Assembly: GCA_013265495.1 (NCBI GenBank)
Contig: MU059781.1
Location: 1,773,667-1,837,666, forward strand
Length of the DNA stretch: 64,000 nucleotides
Source of the DNA: Vicugna vicugna
Taxonomy: Eukaryota
Direction: 5' to 3'
In this document: in pieces, positions 32,001 through 43,300 of the stretch
Layout: the number at the start of each line of letters is the position of its first letter
Numbering within the stretch: the stretch's first letter is position 1
Program-made: the position numbers and the translations under genes
The notes under the pieces: generated by a model
Seen by the model: only the letters and a program-made list of their open reading frames with translations
The model's database searches: none
Told to the model about the DNA's origin: nothing

Positions 32001-33889
32001 CAAACCAAGCTCTCTGTTCATTCATTATTTCCCGGGTGAATTCTAAACTGGGATGGTACCGGAGACGGAAAATGGCAGGTTTAGAGAGGGGAGACTGGAG
32101 AAGACGGTCGGATTTTGTTGTAATTGCAGTTGTCGTTAGGAGGCGGGGAGTGGGATGTGAAATTTTGTGAAGTGTGTTACGTAACGTTGAGCAAAAATAC
32201 CGCAGCATAATAAAAGTTTTGATTCGGTATTTTGTAGGGAGATTTTCATAACGTGTCTGGATAAAAGTAGCTAAGCATTACACCTCATTAATTATATCCA
32301 TGTTCAAAGTACAGCGGTAACTCGTTAGTCCTCAAAATAACCCTGAGCGGTGAATTCTACCGTTATCTCAACTTTACTGAGGATGAAACTGAGATACAAG
32401 AGGGGGTAAAGTTAATATGAATTCCTTAAAAAGAGAATACACAGAATGTGAGAAAGACATTTTCCCCCTAGAACTAATGTAAGTTATGAATCCTCAAATA
32501 CAGTGAATCATGAGCAAACTAAATGAAAGAAATTTTGATATTCTTCTCTCAGGGGCATTTAGGGAGTTTTGAAGAGTATACAGTTGCTTCTGTCATCTTT
32601 TGAGAATTGTCCATGTGTGCTGTCAAAAAACACACACAGACACATTATTTAAAAAGATTAATGAGAGGAAAAACCCCACAAAGAATTGTTTAATCCAAGC
32701 TCCCCTCTTTTTTTATTCAATAAACATTTGTTGAGGGTTTATGGATCAATTTTCAAAAAGTAAATAAATAACTATGACCCTTTGGTCTCATAGATCTCAA
32801 TTAACAATACAAATAGTTAAATTATGTGTATGTGTGTGTGTGTGTATAGAAGGTCTAACTTAGTCTCACATATCACCTTGTTGTTTTTCAATGTAAGACT
32901 TGATTTTTATTCAGTCTTTGTTTTGTGGAACAGAATAATGCAGCTTTGGAAAAATCAGTCTCTGGTAAGATCTATCAGCACTTTTGCTACAAATGTCAAC
33001 TCCTATTTGTATGGTTCTTTATTGTTCTAGTTGTTCCTGCTTGCTAAGCAAATTCTGTCAGAGAAAATAAGTTAGGCAATAACTGGGAAATAAGGTCTGA
33101 ATTGAATTTTTTCATCTACTAAGAGAGCTCAGGGAAACCTCAGGTAAATAATAACCACTAATTTCAAGCAAATTCTTTTGGGCAAAAACCTTCTTTGTAA
33201 GGACTCTTTAGCTCAGAAATAGGTTTCCTAAAATAATATCAAGGAAAAATAACTTTTTAGTTTATTTGTGTTTTCTATGGAGACAATGTATCCAATATTT
33301 TCTTGGATAATATAGTCTGATAAGCAATTTTAGATTGGGAATACAGATAAAAAAAAGAGTGACGGTTTCCTGGCATGTGGGATATTTCTAAAAACCTGTG
33401 AGTTTCTACATGCTGGGACACTTGTATCTCTAGTTCCTGACAGAGTCCATCAGTGTGTGCTACCATCTGCCCGAAGCCTAACTAGGTCAGTTTTCCACCC
33501 TAGAGGCTAGGAACAGGCGCTGTGCTTGAAACTCTACTTTTTGAAGGATTTCTTACTTTAAGGAAATTTCAAAGCAATTGGATTGACGTCTCCTAAAGGA
33601 AAAACTATTCTCGTTATAGTCCCTCCCCGCACCCTCACCCTGGCCTTCCTTTAAAATAGCATTTATTGTTGTTAGCTTTTTAGATGCCATTTGCAAAAAT
33701 AATACAGACTGAATGTAGAAAACAAAATTCAGTAAAGCACAAACAACAGTCTGGTCCACCGGTTGGAGCTAATATTCGTAAACATTTCTCTCTAAATGCT
33801 AATAGAGTGTTGTGGACTGTTTTGTCAACTGCTTTTTTCCCCCTCCTCTATCATTTTCTACTTTTTTACAGGGACAACTGTCCTCTCTT

Positions 33890-34330
33890 GCTCTCCACAG
33901 GGTCGCAGCACTGGCACGCTGGGTGCCGCCCCGCCCACCGCCAGGCTGCAGAGCCTGCGGAAGCGCGGCCCCTTTAAGAGGCAGGCGCAGGGGGCGGTCC
34001 CCGCGCCGATTGGCGGAGCTCGCAGCCACGTGGCGGTCCTGGCCGCAGCGGCGGTGGCCCGGCTCTGGCGGCGGCTGTGGGGCTCCCGGGGGGTCCCCGG
34101 GAAGGAGCGCAAGTTGACAGATGTACATGAGGAGGTGCCTGGTCGGCCTCACGTTTTGTATCTGCTACTTGGCTTCTTACCTCACGAACAAGGTGAGGGG
34201 GGCGGGCGTGGGGTCGTGAAGATTGGCAGTGGGGGATCTGAGTTCCCAAATCGTACGCGGAGCAAATGCTGCCTCCAGATTTTTAATTGATTTGTTGCTG
34301 ATGATGACGGAGAAGACGACGACTCTGTGT
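33890..34330 (+). promoter_or_regulatory. TMEM241: TMEM241 CpG-island promoter with GC boxes (33926-33936, 33990-33997), CCAAT (ATTGG 34009-34013) and palindromic GCCACGTGGC (34025-34034)
   Basis: CpG-rich island immediately 5' of ATG 34121; motifs read directly. Confidence 0.85.
34121..34192 (+). CDS. TMEM241: TMEM241 coding exon 1 (72 nt)
   Basis: ATG 34121 preceded by in-frame TGA at 34115; donor AAG|gtgagg. Confidence 0.95.
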
Positions 34331-37300
34331 ACGATGCTTTTTTAGAAATAGGTTTGTTGGACAGTACTGTTCCCATTTATCGTCCTGGGATATCGTCCTT
34401 ACATTTCCTGGGAAGCCAGGTTTTTTGGCTGGTGAATTCTCAGGAACTTAATTTTGGGATATGTGGACTACTTTTTAGGGAAAGAAAAAAACAACTGGCT
34501 CCTGTTCCCTCGGAGATGAAAGAGTAGGAGAAGGAATCAGTCACATCCTGCCTTCTCTTCTGAACACGCCCCTGCCTCAGAACCCCACAAGGTTCCAGAA
34601 GCCTTTAAATAGAAGATATCAATCCATCTGCATTTCCGCCTCACACCACTGATTTCCAAACCTATTTTTACTGTCTCCATCCCAGGGACTTCCAGTGTAT
34701 TCAAGAGTTTCTCGTGGAATTATTTAAAAAAATAAAATGTAAACTTAATTTTGTCTAAAGTGATGTTATAAAACCCTTTTGATGAAGAGGCAGAAGAGCA
34801 GTGGTACCATGTTTTTGTTTTGTTAGCAGGGAGAAACTAGCCTTGGACTTGGTACCATGCAGGGAAATGTTGGATCCCCATGGGCTAGAGTAGGGCATCA
34901 CCCCATCCTAGACTCTGGGAATGGACACTAAACCAACGTCGTGATACAGGGCCCAGGACCACCTTCCCCCACTAAAGGTCTCTACTGCCCTCTCCCCACT
35001 CCCTTCCTGAGGAAAAAACCCTCTTGCTCTTTGCAAAAGAACTGTTAACAAACAGCATTTTCTTATACCTTCTTTCTTAATGTGAGTGGCTGTCTTCAGT
35101 ATATTCAGAGGATGCCCCTGAACTCCGCTTCCGCCTTGTCCAGTTAATTTTCAGTTATGGTGGTGGGCTTCTGAAGATCCAGTAGTACCACCTTTCTGGA
35201 AGGCAGTGATAACGTTTGCATCCTGGCTCAACCTTCTTGGCCTTTGGGACTTTAATCTCTCTAAACCTAAATTTTTGAATTTCAAGATGGGATTAAAAAG
35301 TCCTTTTCAAAGGGTAGTTATGAGGATTAATTGAAATAATGTTCATAAGCAGGGTGGCCGAGTGCCCAGCATTATGATAAATGCTCTATAAGATAAGTGG
35401 TAGGTGCTCTAGAAGAAAGGAAAGGAGGAAGGGAAGACAGTCTTTTGCTTGTGATACGACACAATAATGACTAACTTTTAACAGATTTGTTCTTTTCCTC
35501 ATGGGACAGGTAGCTAAAGTAAGAACATTAGTTGGTGGTAGACCTACTCAGGAATATATGAATTTGTGAAAACCTGGCTTTTTCATTTAACTATTCAAAT
35601 TTGTCTAGCTAACCTGATGGATATATTGATAATGTTTCACTTTAAAAACAGAATGACCTTACTTTGTTTCTATATAATCATCAGAAAGGGCAAAGTAACA
35701 GGTCTTTCATGAAAACCCACAAGTCAAGTCTTTAGTATGACTTGGAAGGTCATTTTTTTCCCCAGTGTGTGATTTTTGGGAGGTATAAAGCCTTTTTTGA
35801 AACTTGAGTGTACTTATGTTTCTTCAGTAGGGATTACTTTGATTATACGGTTTATCAATTTACTATAATTTGAAAATGTCCATTAACCTGGTATTTGTTT
35901 TTCAGTATGTTCTGTCTGTCTTGAAGTTTACCTACCCTACATTATTCCAAGGGTGAGTATCTTCTATGCTTTCTTTACACGTTTGTGGGAAATATCCAAC
36001 CAGCATCATTTAATGTCCTTTAAAATATTTTTAATGACTGCATAGATTTTTTTTCATCAGATAGACATACTATTAATTTATTTAGCCATTCTATTAATGG
36101 CATTTAAATTATGTCCCATTTTGGGGGTATAAACACAACAATGTTATCAAACATTTTTTGCATTCAAATCTGCCAAATTTCTAACTATTTTTGAAATAGA
36201 TTCCTATATAAGAAATTGAGATAAAAGAATATGAACTTCTTTAGTATTCTTTTTGAATATTAACAAATTCTTTTCCAGCATCATTTTATCAATTAACAAT
36301 GTTACCCAGTCTGTATATGAGAATGTCTACGATGTTGTACTCAAACCACAACTGTTAACTTTTTTCCTCTCTCTGCTGATTTCATGAGCAAAAAATTTGT
36401 TTTGTCTTATCATTTCTTAGATGAAGTTGGACAGTTTTCTTCTGTTTATTACCCACTTGTACCTCTTTTTTAGTGAATTATCTATTTGTGCTTTTTACCC
36501 CTTTATTTTTACTAGGGTTTTCATATTTTTCTTATTAATTTAATTCTTTATATTTTAAGGATGCTAACCACCTTTCCATCATATTTATTGGAATTTCTTT
36601 TTTCAATTTGTTCTTTGCTGTTTTCATTTTGATTCTAATTATTTTGATTATTTAATTTTTAAGTGACCTCATAGAAAATTCATTGTTTGAACATAGGAAT
36701 GAAGCTGCAGAGAGAAACACAGAGGAATCCAGTATGTGGTCTTGTGACTGGGGGATGCTATTGTTAGAAAAAAGACAGAAAGTGGTACAGGGTCAGGTCT
36801 ATAGTCTGGGCAGTGCAGAAGCAGCATGGAGTGCTCTGGCACTCACTTTACCTTTTTCACCTCAAACTCCTCCCTCCCCCCAGCTTTAAAAAAATGTGTT
36901 TCTATTGATTGTTTCTTTTGTGATTGATACTATTGCTTTTATGTTTATTCTCCTCCATCACAAGATCATGTAGCTATTCACCTATATGTCATTAGAGCTT
37001 TTGTTCAGTTTTTAATTATTGTCCATTTATTTTAGCTTATAGTGCAGTGTGAAGAAATCATCCCTCCCCTAATGGTTTCATTTATACTACCCTCATTATT
37101 TGTCAGTTTTTATGAAAAGAGGCTAGTGCTAAATTGTTTCAATTATTATAGCTTTTAAATATGTGGCAGAACACGCCATCCCTCATTCTCTTCTTTTTTT
37201 TTTTTTAATATCACACAGATGCACACACAAAAAAGCAGATGTAGAGATCTTAATGTCAGACAAGGTTGAATTCAGGACAAAAAGAGTTAAGCAAGTGAGA

Positions 37301-40300
37301 AAGGTGTATTATAATGCTAAAACATGCAGTTCAAAATGAAAGGACACATTACAATGCTGGAGCATGAAGTTCAAAATGAAAATAAAATAGTGATGAATAT
37401 CAACCAGCAAAACAACAGGGCATCATCATTTGCCAAGTAAAAACTCAGGGAATTCTAGGGACAAATAGCAACATACTAGTATTAGGAGATAAATTTACTA
37501 CTAGTTTTCCATGACAGATCAACTGGACAAACAAAAAACTAGTGTGTGTGTTTGTGTATATATAAATAACTAAATAATACAACTAATAGTTAAATATCAA
37601 ACTCTGTATTTTGAAAATAAAGATTATACTTCCTTTTCAAATGCCCATGGAATATTAACCATGAATAAAAGATCAATTATTTACAAAAAAGTAGCAATTA
37701 TACCATTCCAGTGCACTAAAACTAGATCTTTATACCAAAACTAAAAATCCCTACTTACAAATGGTTCTTGAGCGTGTAAAATGATAGACGTCATTCATAA
37801 GAAAAACATAATATAAAATATATTTTACCAATAAGATTTGCAAAATAAAATTTCAAAATCTGATAACATGGCATTGATGAGGATGTAGAAAGCAGGTGCT
37901 GTCATACCTTGATGATGGGTGGCAAATTGGTAAAATATCACAATTGGCACTTCGGTAGAATAAAGCAACATTTCAATGGTTTTAATCCTCCAATCCAGCA
38001 ATTCCGCGTCCAGGAATTTACCTGAGAGATTTACTTGCATTTATGTACATGAAATATGTACAAAGATATACATGTGAACCATTGCAGCTTTTGTGACAGC
38101 AAGCATTTTTAAACAACCTAATTTTCATCCATACAGAACCAGTTAAATAAATGATATTGTATTCCTAATGGAATACTATTCAAACATTTAAAAAAAGGAA
38201 ACTCTCGTATATTAACGTGGAAAGGTCTTCATGATGCACTTGATGGGGAACAAAAGCAAGTCCATAAGAATCTAGTATACTTCCATCATGTCAAAGTGTA
38301 TGTATGGTTTTTTTATTTAAAAAAAAAAAAGAAGAAACTAGTGAAAGTGGTTATTATAGGAAAAGAGGGACACAATGCAGATAGTGAACAAGGGGAAGGA
38401 AGAAGACTTTTCACCACTTACTTTTTTATGAATTTTTGTTCTTTGTATTGTCACTAATATGTAATTTCAGGTGAACTTTAGAATTACTTTGCCAGATAAT
38501 AGTTCATTTTTCATAGCAAGTATATCACACCTCATATTGCATAGTAAAACTTTAAAAAGTGTCGCCTATGGTTGTGTGTATTTCAGCCAACAAGGCTGGA
38601 ATATTGCTTTCTCGTTTTCTGATCCTGGCTGTCCTTTACTTTTCTCCGGGAAGAGAGGCTTAGGGAACTTATATATGGAAGGATGGTGTTTTCACCTGAA
38701 TTGCCTTTTCCCCTCCTTGTAGAGGAGTCAGACTGAATGCACCTCCCTCAATAGAATGTAAGGTCTACAAAGGTCAAGAATTTAAAAAAAAAAATCTGTT
38801 TTGTCACTGGAGTATCCCCAATGCCAAGAGCCATGCCTGGCACATAGGAGGTGCATAGTCAGGCAGAATAACTCATTCAACAAAAATGTATTACAGGCAC
38901 ACTATGCACCAGTCACTTTTCTAGACACTTGGGCTACTTCAGTGAAGAAAAGAAAGACGCCTGCCCTCCGGAGCCTGCTTGCCTCTGTGTGTCCCTTCAC
39001 TTCACCTGCAGTGAATGGTGTCCTCTATCCCGTTGCCTGATTCAGAAACCTGGGCTATTCTTGATTTCTCGACATCTAATTAACCACCAGGACCTGTAAA
39101 AGGCTTTAGAACCTGTCCATCTTCTGAATGGCCTCCTCCTGGGCCACTGTGATCTCTCAGATTCCTCTCACAACTCCTGCCTTGCTTCCTGCCCCCTAGT
39201 CTTGCTTCTCTTAACAAACATTCTCTCCCTTGTAAAAAAGAGGGAGCTTTCCCAAAGGCAAATGTGACAGTGGGCTCCCATGCTGCAGACCCTTCAGTGG
39301 GTCCCCAGTTTGAAGCCCCAGCTCCTGCACAGTTGACATGGCCTTTCATGACCAGCCCTTCTTCTCCAGTGTCAGCTCCTGCCGCGCCCGCCTTGAGCGC
39401 TCACAGGCTGAGGTCAGGCTGGTTGAACTTACCTGAGAGGCTTTGAACGAGCCGTTGTCTCTCTCACCTGTGGGCCTTTGTCCATCCTGGGCTCCCACTT
39501 GGAACACGATTCAGATTTCCTTCACCTGGGAAGACTTACCAGCTCGCTAGGCTGGGTTCACTGCCCCGTAGGGCGGCTTGTGCTCCTGGTACTCTTCCTG
39601 CTAGGGCTTTCTCACACCGATTGTGACTGTTAGTTAGCTTACTTCCCACCAGACCAGGGTTTCTCAGCCTCGGCACTAGTGACATTTTGAGCTGGATCCT
39701 TCTTTGTCGTGGGGGCCTGTCCTGCATGTTGAGGGAATGTTTACCCCGCAGCATCCTGGCTCGTGCTCATCAGATGCCAGTAGCAGCCCTCCTTTCCCCC
39801 GCCTCCTTTTGTGACAACCAAAAATGTCTCCAGGTGCTGCCCGTTGTCCCCTGGGGGAAAAACTACATAATTGAGGTCCCGATGGAGGGCCTGACTCATA
39901 TCTGTTTGCTCTGCCTGGCTGAGTCAGTGGGACATAAAACCTGGATCTTACAGGATGAATGAGTGTCCATTCACCCAGAGAGATGGGAAGAACATTATGA
40001 GCCAAGAGGGCTGCATGTGCAAACTCTAAGAAATATCAAGTGGCCTGGCACAGTGCCGAGGCTGTAGGCTGTTCTTTGTGGCTGGAATGTAGCTGCCACC
40101 AGCAGATGGACAGGAGCTGACCCTGGAGGGGGCAGGTGCGAGTCCCGGAAGGCTTGCATGTCACACGCAAGTGACTTTATCCTGTAGGCCAGGGGTTCTC
40201 AGCTGTCATGTCACAACACATGGTGTGTTGTAATCACCTCCGAGGTGAGGTATCTCAAGTCATAAGCAGAAATAAGGTGTTGACATTTATGAATGACTCA

Positions 40301-43300
40301 CTGAAAGTAAAAAAGCAATTTGTGTGAAACAGGATAAAGTTATGCCTGCCTTACCCGTCACTCATGTGGCGTTTTGCTGTGTTTTTTGTAGTGGGCAGGG
40401 GAGGGATGTTTATCTTTTAACGTGTGCTCCCCCTACACTCTGCACGGGAGGACGTGTGTCTCACATGAGCTCCATGACCCCAAGTGTGTAGGGGCAGAAA
40501 AGAGGCTGAGGGCTGCTGTGGGAGGATAAGCCCTTTTAAAAATAAGGAGCATGATTCAGTTTGCATTTTAGAACAAAACCTTTGGCTGTGAGATGGAGAA
40601 TGGAGGGTACAGGGCAACCCTGGAGAGAGGGAGGCCAGTGAGGGGACTGATGCTGTGTTCCAGGTGTGAGGTGATGAGTCTGAATTGGGAAGAGGGAAGG
40701 AGACGGCGGCTTTGGGTTTCAGAACTGTTATGGGGATAAAGTCAATAGGATTTTGTAAGTAGATAAGGGAAGTGACGGCAGAGGAGGGCCAGGATGACAT
40801 CCGGGTTTCTTGTTTGGCTGATTAGGGATGGTAGGAGGATGCTCAGGATGGGGAGGGGGAGGTTTAAGGTCATGCTATAGGCGTGTTATCATTGGGAGCT
40901 TGTGCGGTCTCAGGGTGGCCACATCCTGGTGAGAAGGAGGATTTGGGAATCATCAGTGTAGAGATAATGGAGAAGTAAGTAGTGACTGTGGGAGAGTTCG
41001 TTCAGGAAAAGTCTAGGATAAGAAGAGAAGACCATCAGTATTAGCTCTCAGTGATACGGCTGGGCTCGAGGGAGCAGGAGAGGTTGAGAAAGAGGGATCT
41101 GAGAACTGGGATGATAATGATGAGAAAGTAGGAGACAGGAGTTGTAAGAAGGATCGGATGCGTGTATTTGTGTCAGGCAGACAGATCTAACGGGGCTGGA
41201 TGGCGTTTGAGACCACGGAGCTCTTAAATTCACATTGGCCCGGATTCTTCTCAGGTGGCAGACGCTGATTGGTGGACTTTTGCTTCATGTGTCATGGAAG
41301 CTGGGTTGGGCGGAGATCAACTGCAGTTCAAGGTAGGACCACCCCTTCTGTGCTTGATTCATGATTCACAGCCTGCTTCCTCTTATATTGTTTAACTGAT
41401 GGTGTTACATTGGGAAACACGGATGTTTGTTTGAGTTGTTTGATCTCTTAATTCCCTTCTAACCTTGAGATTCAATGATTTTATAATCCTATAGAACTCA
41501 GTAATGTTTTCCTGGTTAATGATGCCACTCATGTATATTAAAATTAATTGCAATATATAATTTACAATACTGTATTAATCTGGTTTTGTTTTAGATCATA
41601 GGGCCCCTATAAATAAGTTATTAAATCAGCTTTAATTTTGGGGGGGTAAAATTTTGAATTTGCAGTTATTTCCTGCTCCTGGAAAAGTTAGAAATAGCAC
41701 AGAGAATTCTCATACCCTTTACTCAGATTCCCCAATAATTATTTTACCCTGCTTCTCTTATCACTGTCTCTTCACACACACACTTTTTTTTTTTCTGAAT
41801 TATTTGAAAGTTGCCGGTTTGAGAGTAAGATACCTCTTTTCTTTACTTATAAATTGTATTTCCTAAGAGCTAGGACATTCTCTCACATGACTACATCGTT
41901 ATCAAAATGAGGAAATTAACATCAATACAATACTATTATCTGTAAACCATACTCATATTTTGCCGCTTTTCTCAAGAATAGTCTTTATAACCCTTCGCAC
42001 AAAAATTCTGATCCAGAGGCCAACTCAGATCACAATTAGCATGAGTTGCTACGATTCTATTAAGACAGCTTTTCAAATAGATTTAAAAGAAATGTCACAA
42101 CAAGTTTATACTGTATAGCACAGGGAACCATATTCAACATCTTATAGTAACTTATGGTGGAAAAGAATATGAAAACAAGTATATGTATGTTCCTACATGA
42201 CTGAAGCACTGTGCTGTACACCAGAAATTGACACAACGCGGCAAACTGACTATACTTCAATAAAAATATACATATATTAAAAAAAAGTCAAAGAGCATGA
42301 CATTTTTCAGCCAAAGTTTTAATCCGAGTCGGCTATCCACTCCTGCCTCACCTGAATAAATTCTGTTGATTCTTTGAGAACATCGTGCCTCGCCTGAAAT
42401 TATGCGTAAAACGAAGAGAAAATGAAGTCAAGGTTTACATGAATAAGGTAAACATCCCGACTAAATGATCAGGCCAAGCCATTTGCCTTGTGATCCGAGT
42501 TATCTGCCCAACTTCTCCATGAGTCAGATTAACTACTTCATTGCTAAGTTACCCCTTGGCCTGGCACTCTGGAGAAGCTTTGAGAATGAGTCCAGTATAA
42601 ATACTGATAATTTTGGCTTCTCCTGCAAATATATAAGTAGAGAGCAAAACACTGGTTTAAGAGGCTTTACAAAGGAGAGGCCCTGGGAACTTGGGTTTGG
42701 ATTCACTTTCTTGACACAATTAACATCCTGGTCCATATTCTAAAAGAATATCACACGAAGGACGCTTACTAATCCAAAGGAGCAGTTCATTAAGTCAAAA
42801 ATTTGCATTTCCATGGTATGGAATCCTCTACTTAATAAAATATACTTTTGGTATTTTACATGTGATACCAAGTGCAAGTCTTACTTTATAGTTTGTTGTT
42901 ATGGTGGATAGTTCCCTGAGAATTGGGTCTTCATTCAAAAGAACATGAGCCCTGAATTCACAAGGCCTTTGATAGTTCTAATATTCAGTTAAATAATGAA
43001 GCATTTTGACCCCAAGTAGTTGAATGTATTTCTCTGCAGAAGCAAGAGAACTGGCTGTCAGATTTTGGACTGGGGTCCATCGGTGCTAATCAGCTTGGGT
43101 CTTCTGCTCTCACAGTGACCCTGACTTTATCTTATGATTTCTGATGTGAAGTATTTACTTATTAGTAATGGTCTTTTAAACATTACCTTAGTTATGTTTC
43201 CTTAAAAGCAATGACATTGTTCATATGGAAACTTTTTTTGTAAGTAGAATATATGTAACATAAATTTACCATTTTAAAACAATTTTTAAGCATATAGTTC

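Noticed and set aside
31534-32208. 224-aa minus-strand ORF and other overlapping ORFs across the RIOK3 CpG island
   Set aside because: GC-rich, stop-poor sequence, out of frame with RIOK3, and its start lies upstream of the likely TSS. Only the AUC-initiated 3' portion is kept as a uORF hypothesis.
34009-34030. ERSE or ERSE-II element built from ATTGG and CCACG
   Set aside because: The spacing is 12 nt in the ATTGG...CCACG order; ERSE needs CCAAT-N9-CCACG and ERSE-II needs ATTGG-N-CCACG.
34197-34236. G-quadruplex at the start of TMEM241 intron 1
   Set aside because: Only three closely spaced G-runs are present and the fourth needs a long loop; such G-runs near first donors are common.
33684-34376. 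Several 84-164 aa ORFs across the TMEM241 island, including a possible N-terminal extension
   Set aside because: They are CpG-island artefacts; an in-frame TGA at 34115 rules out extension of TMEM241.
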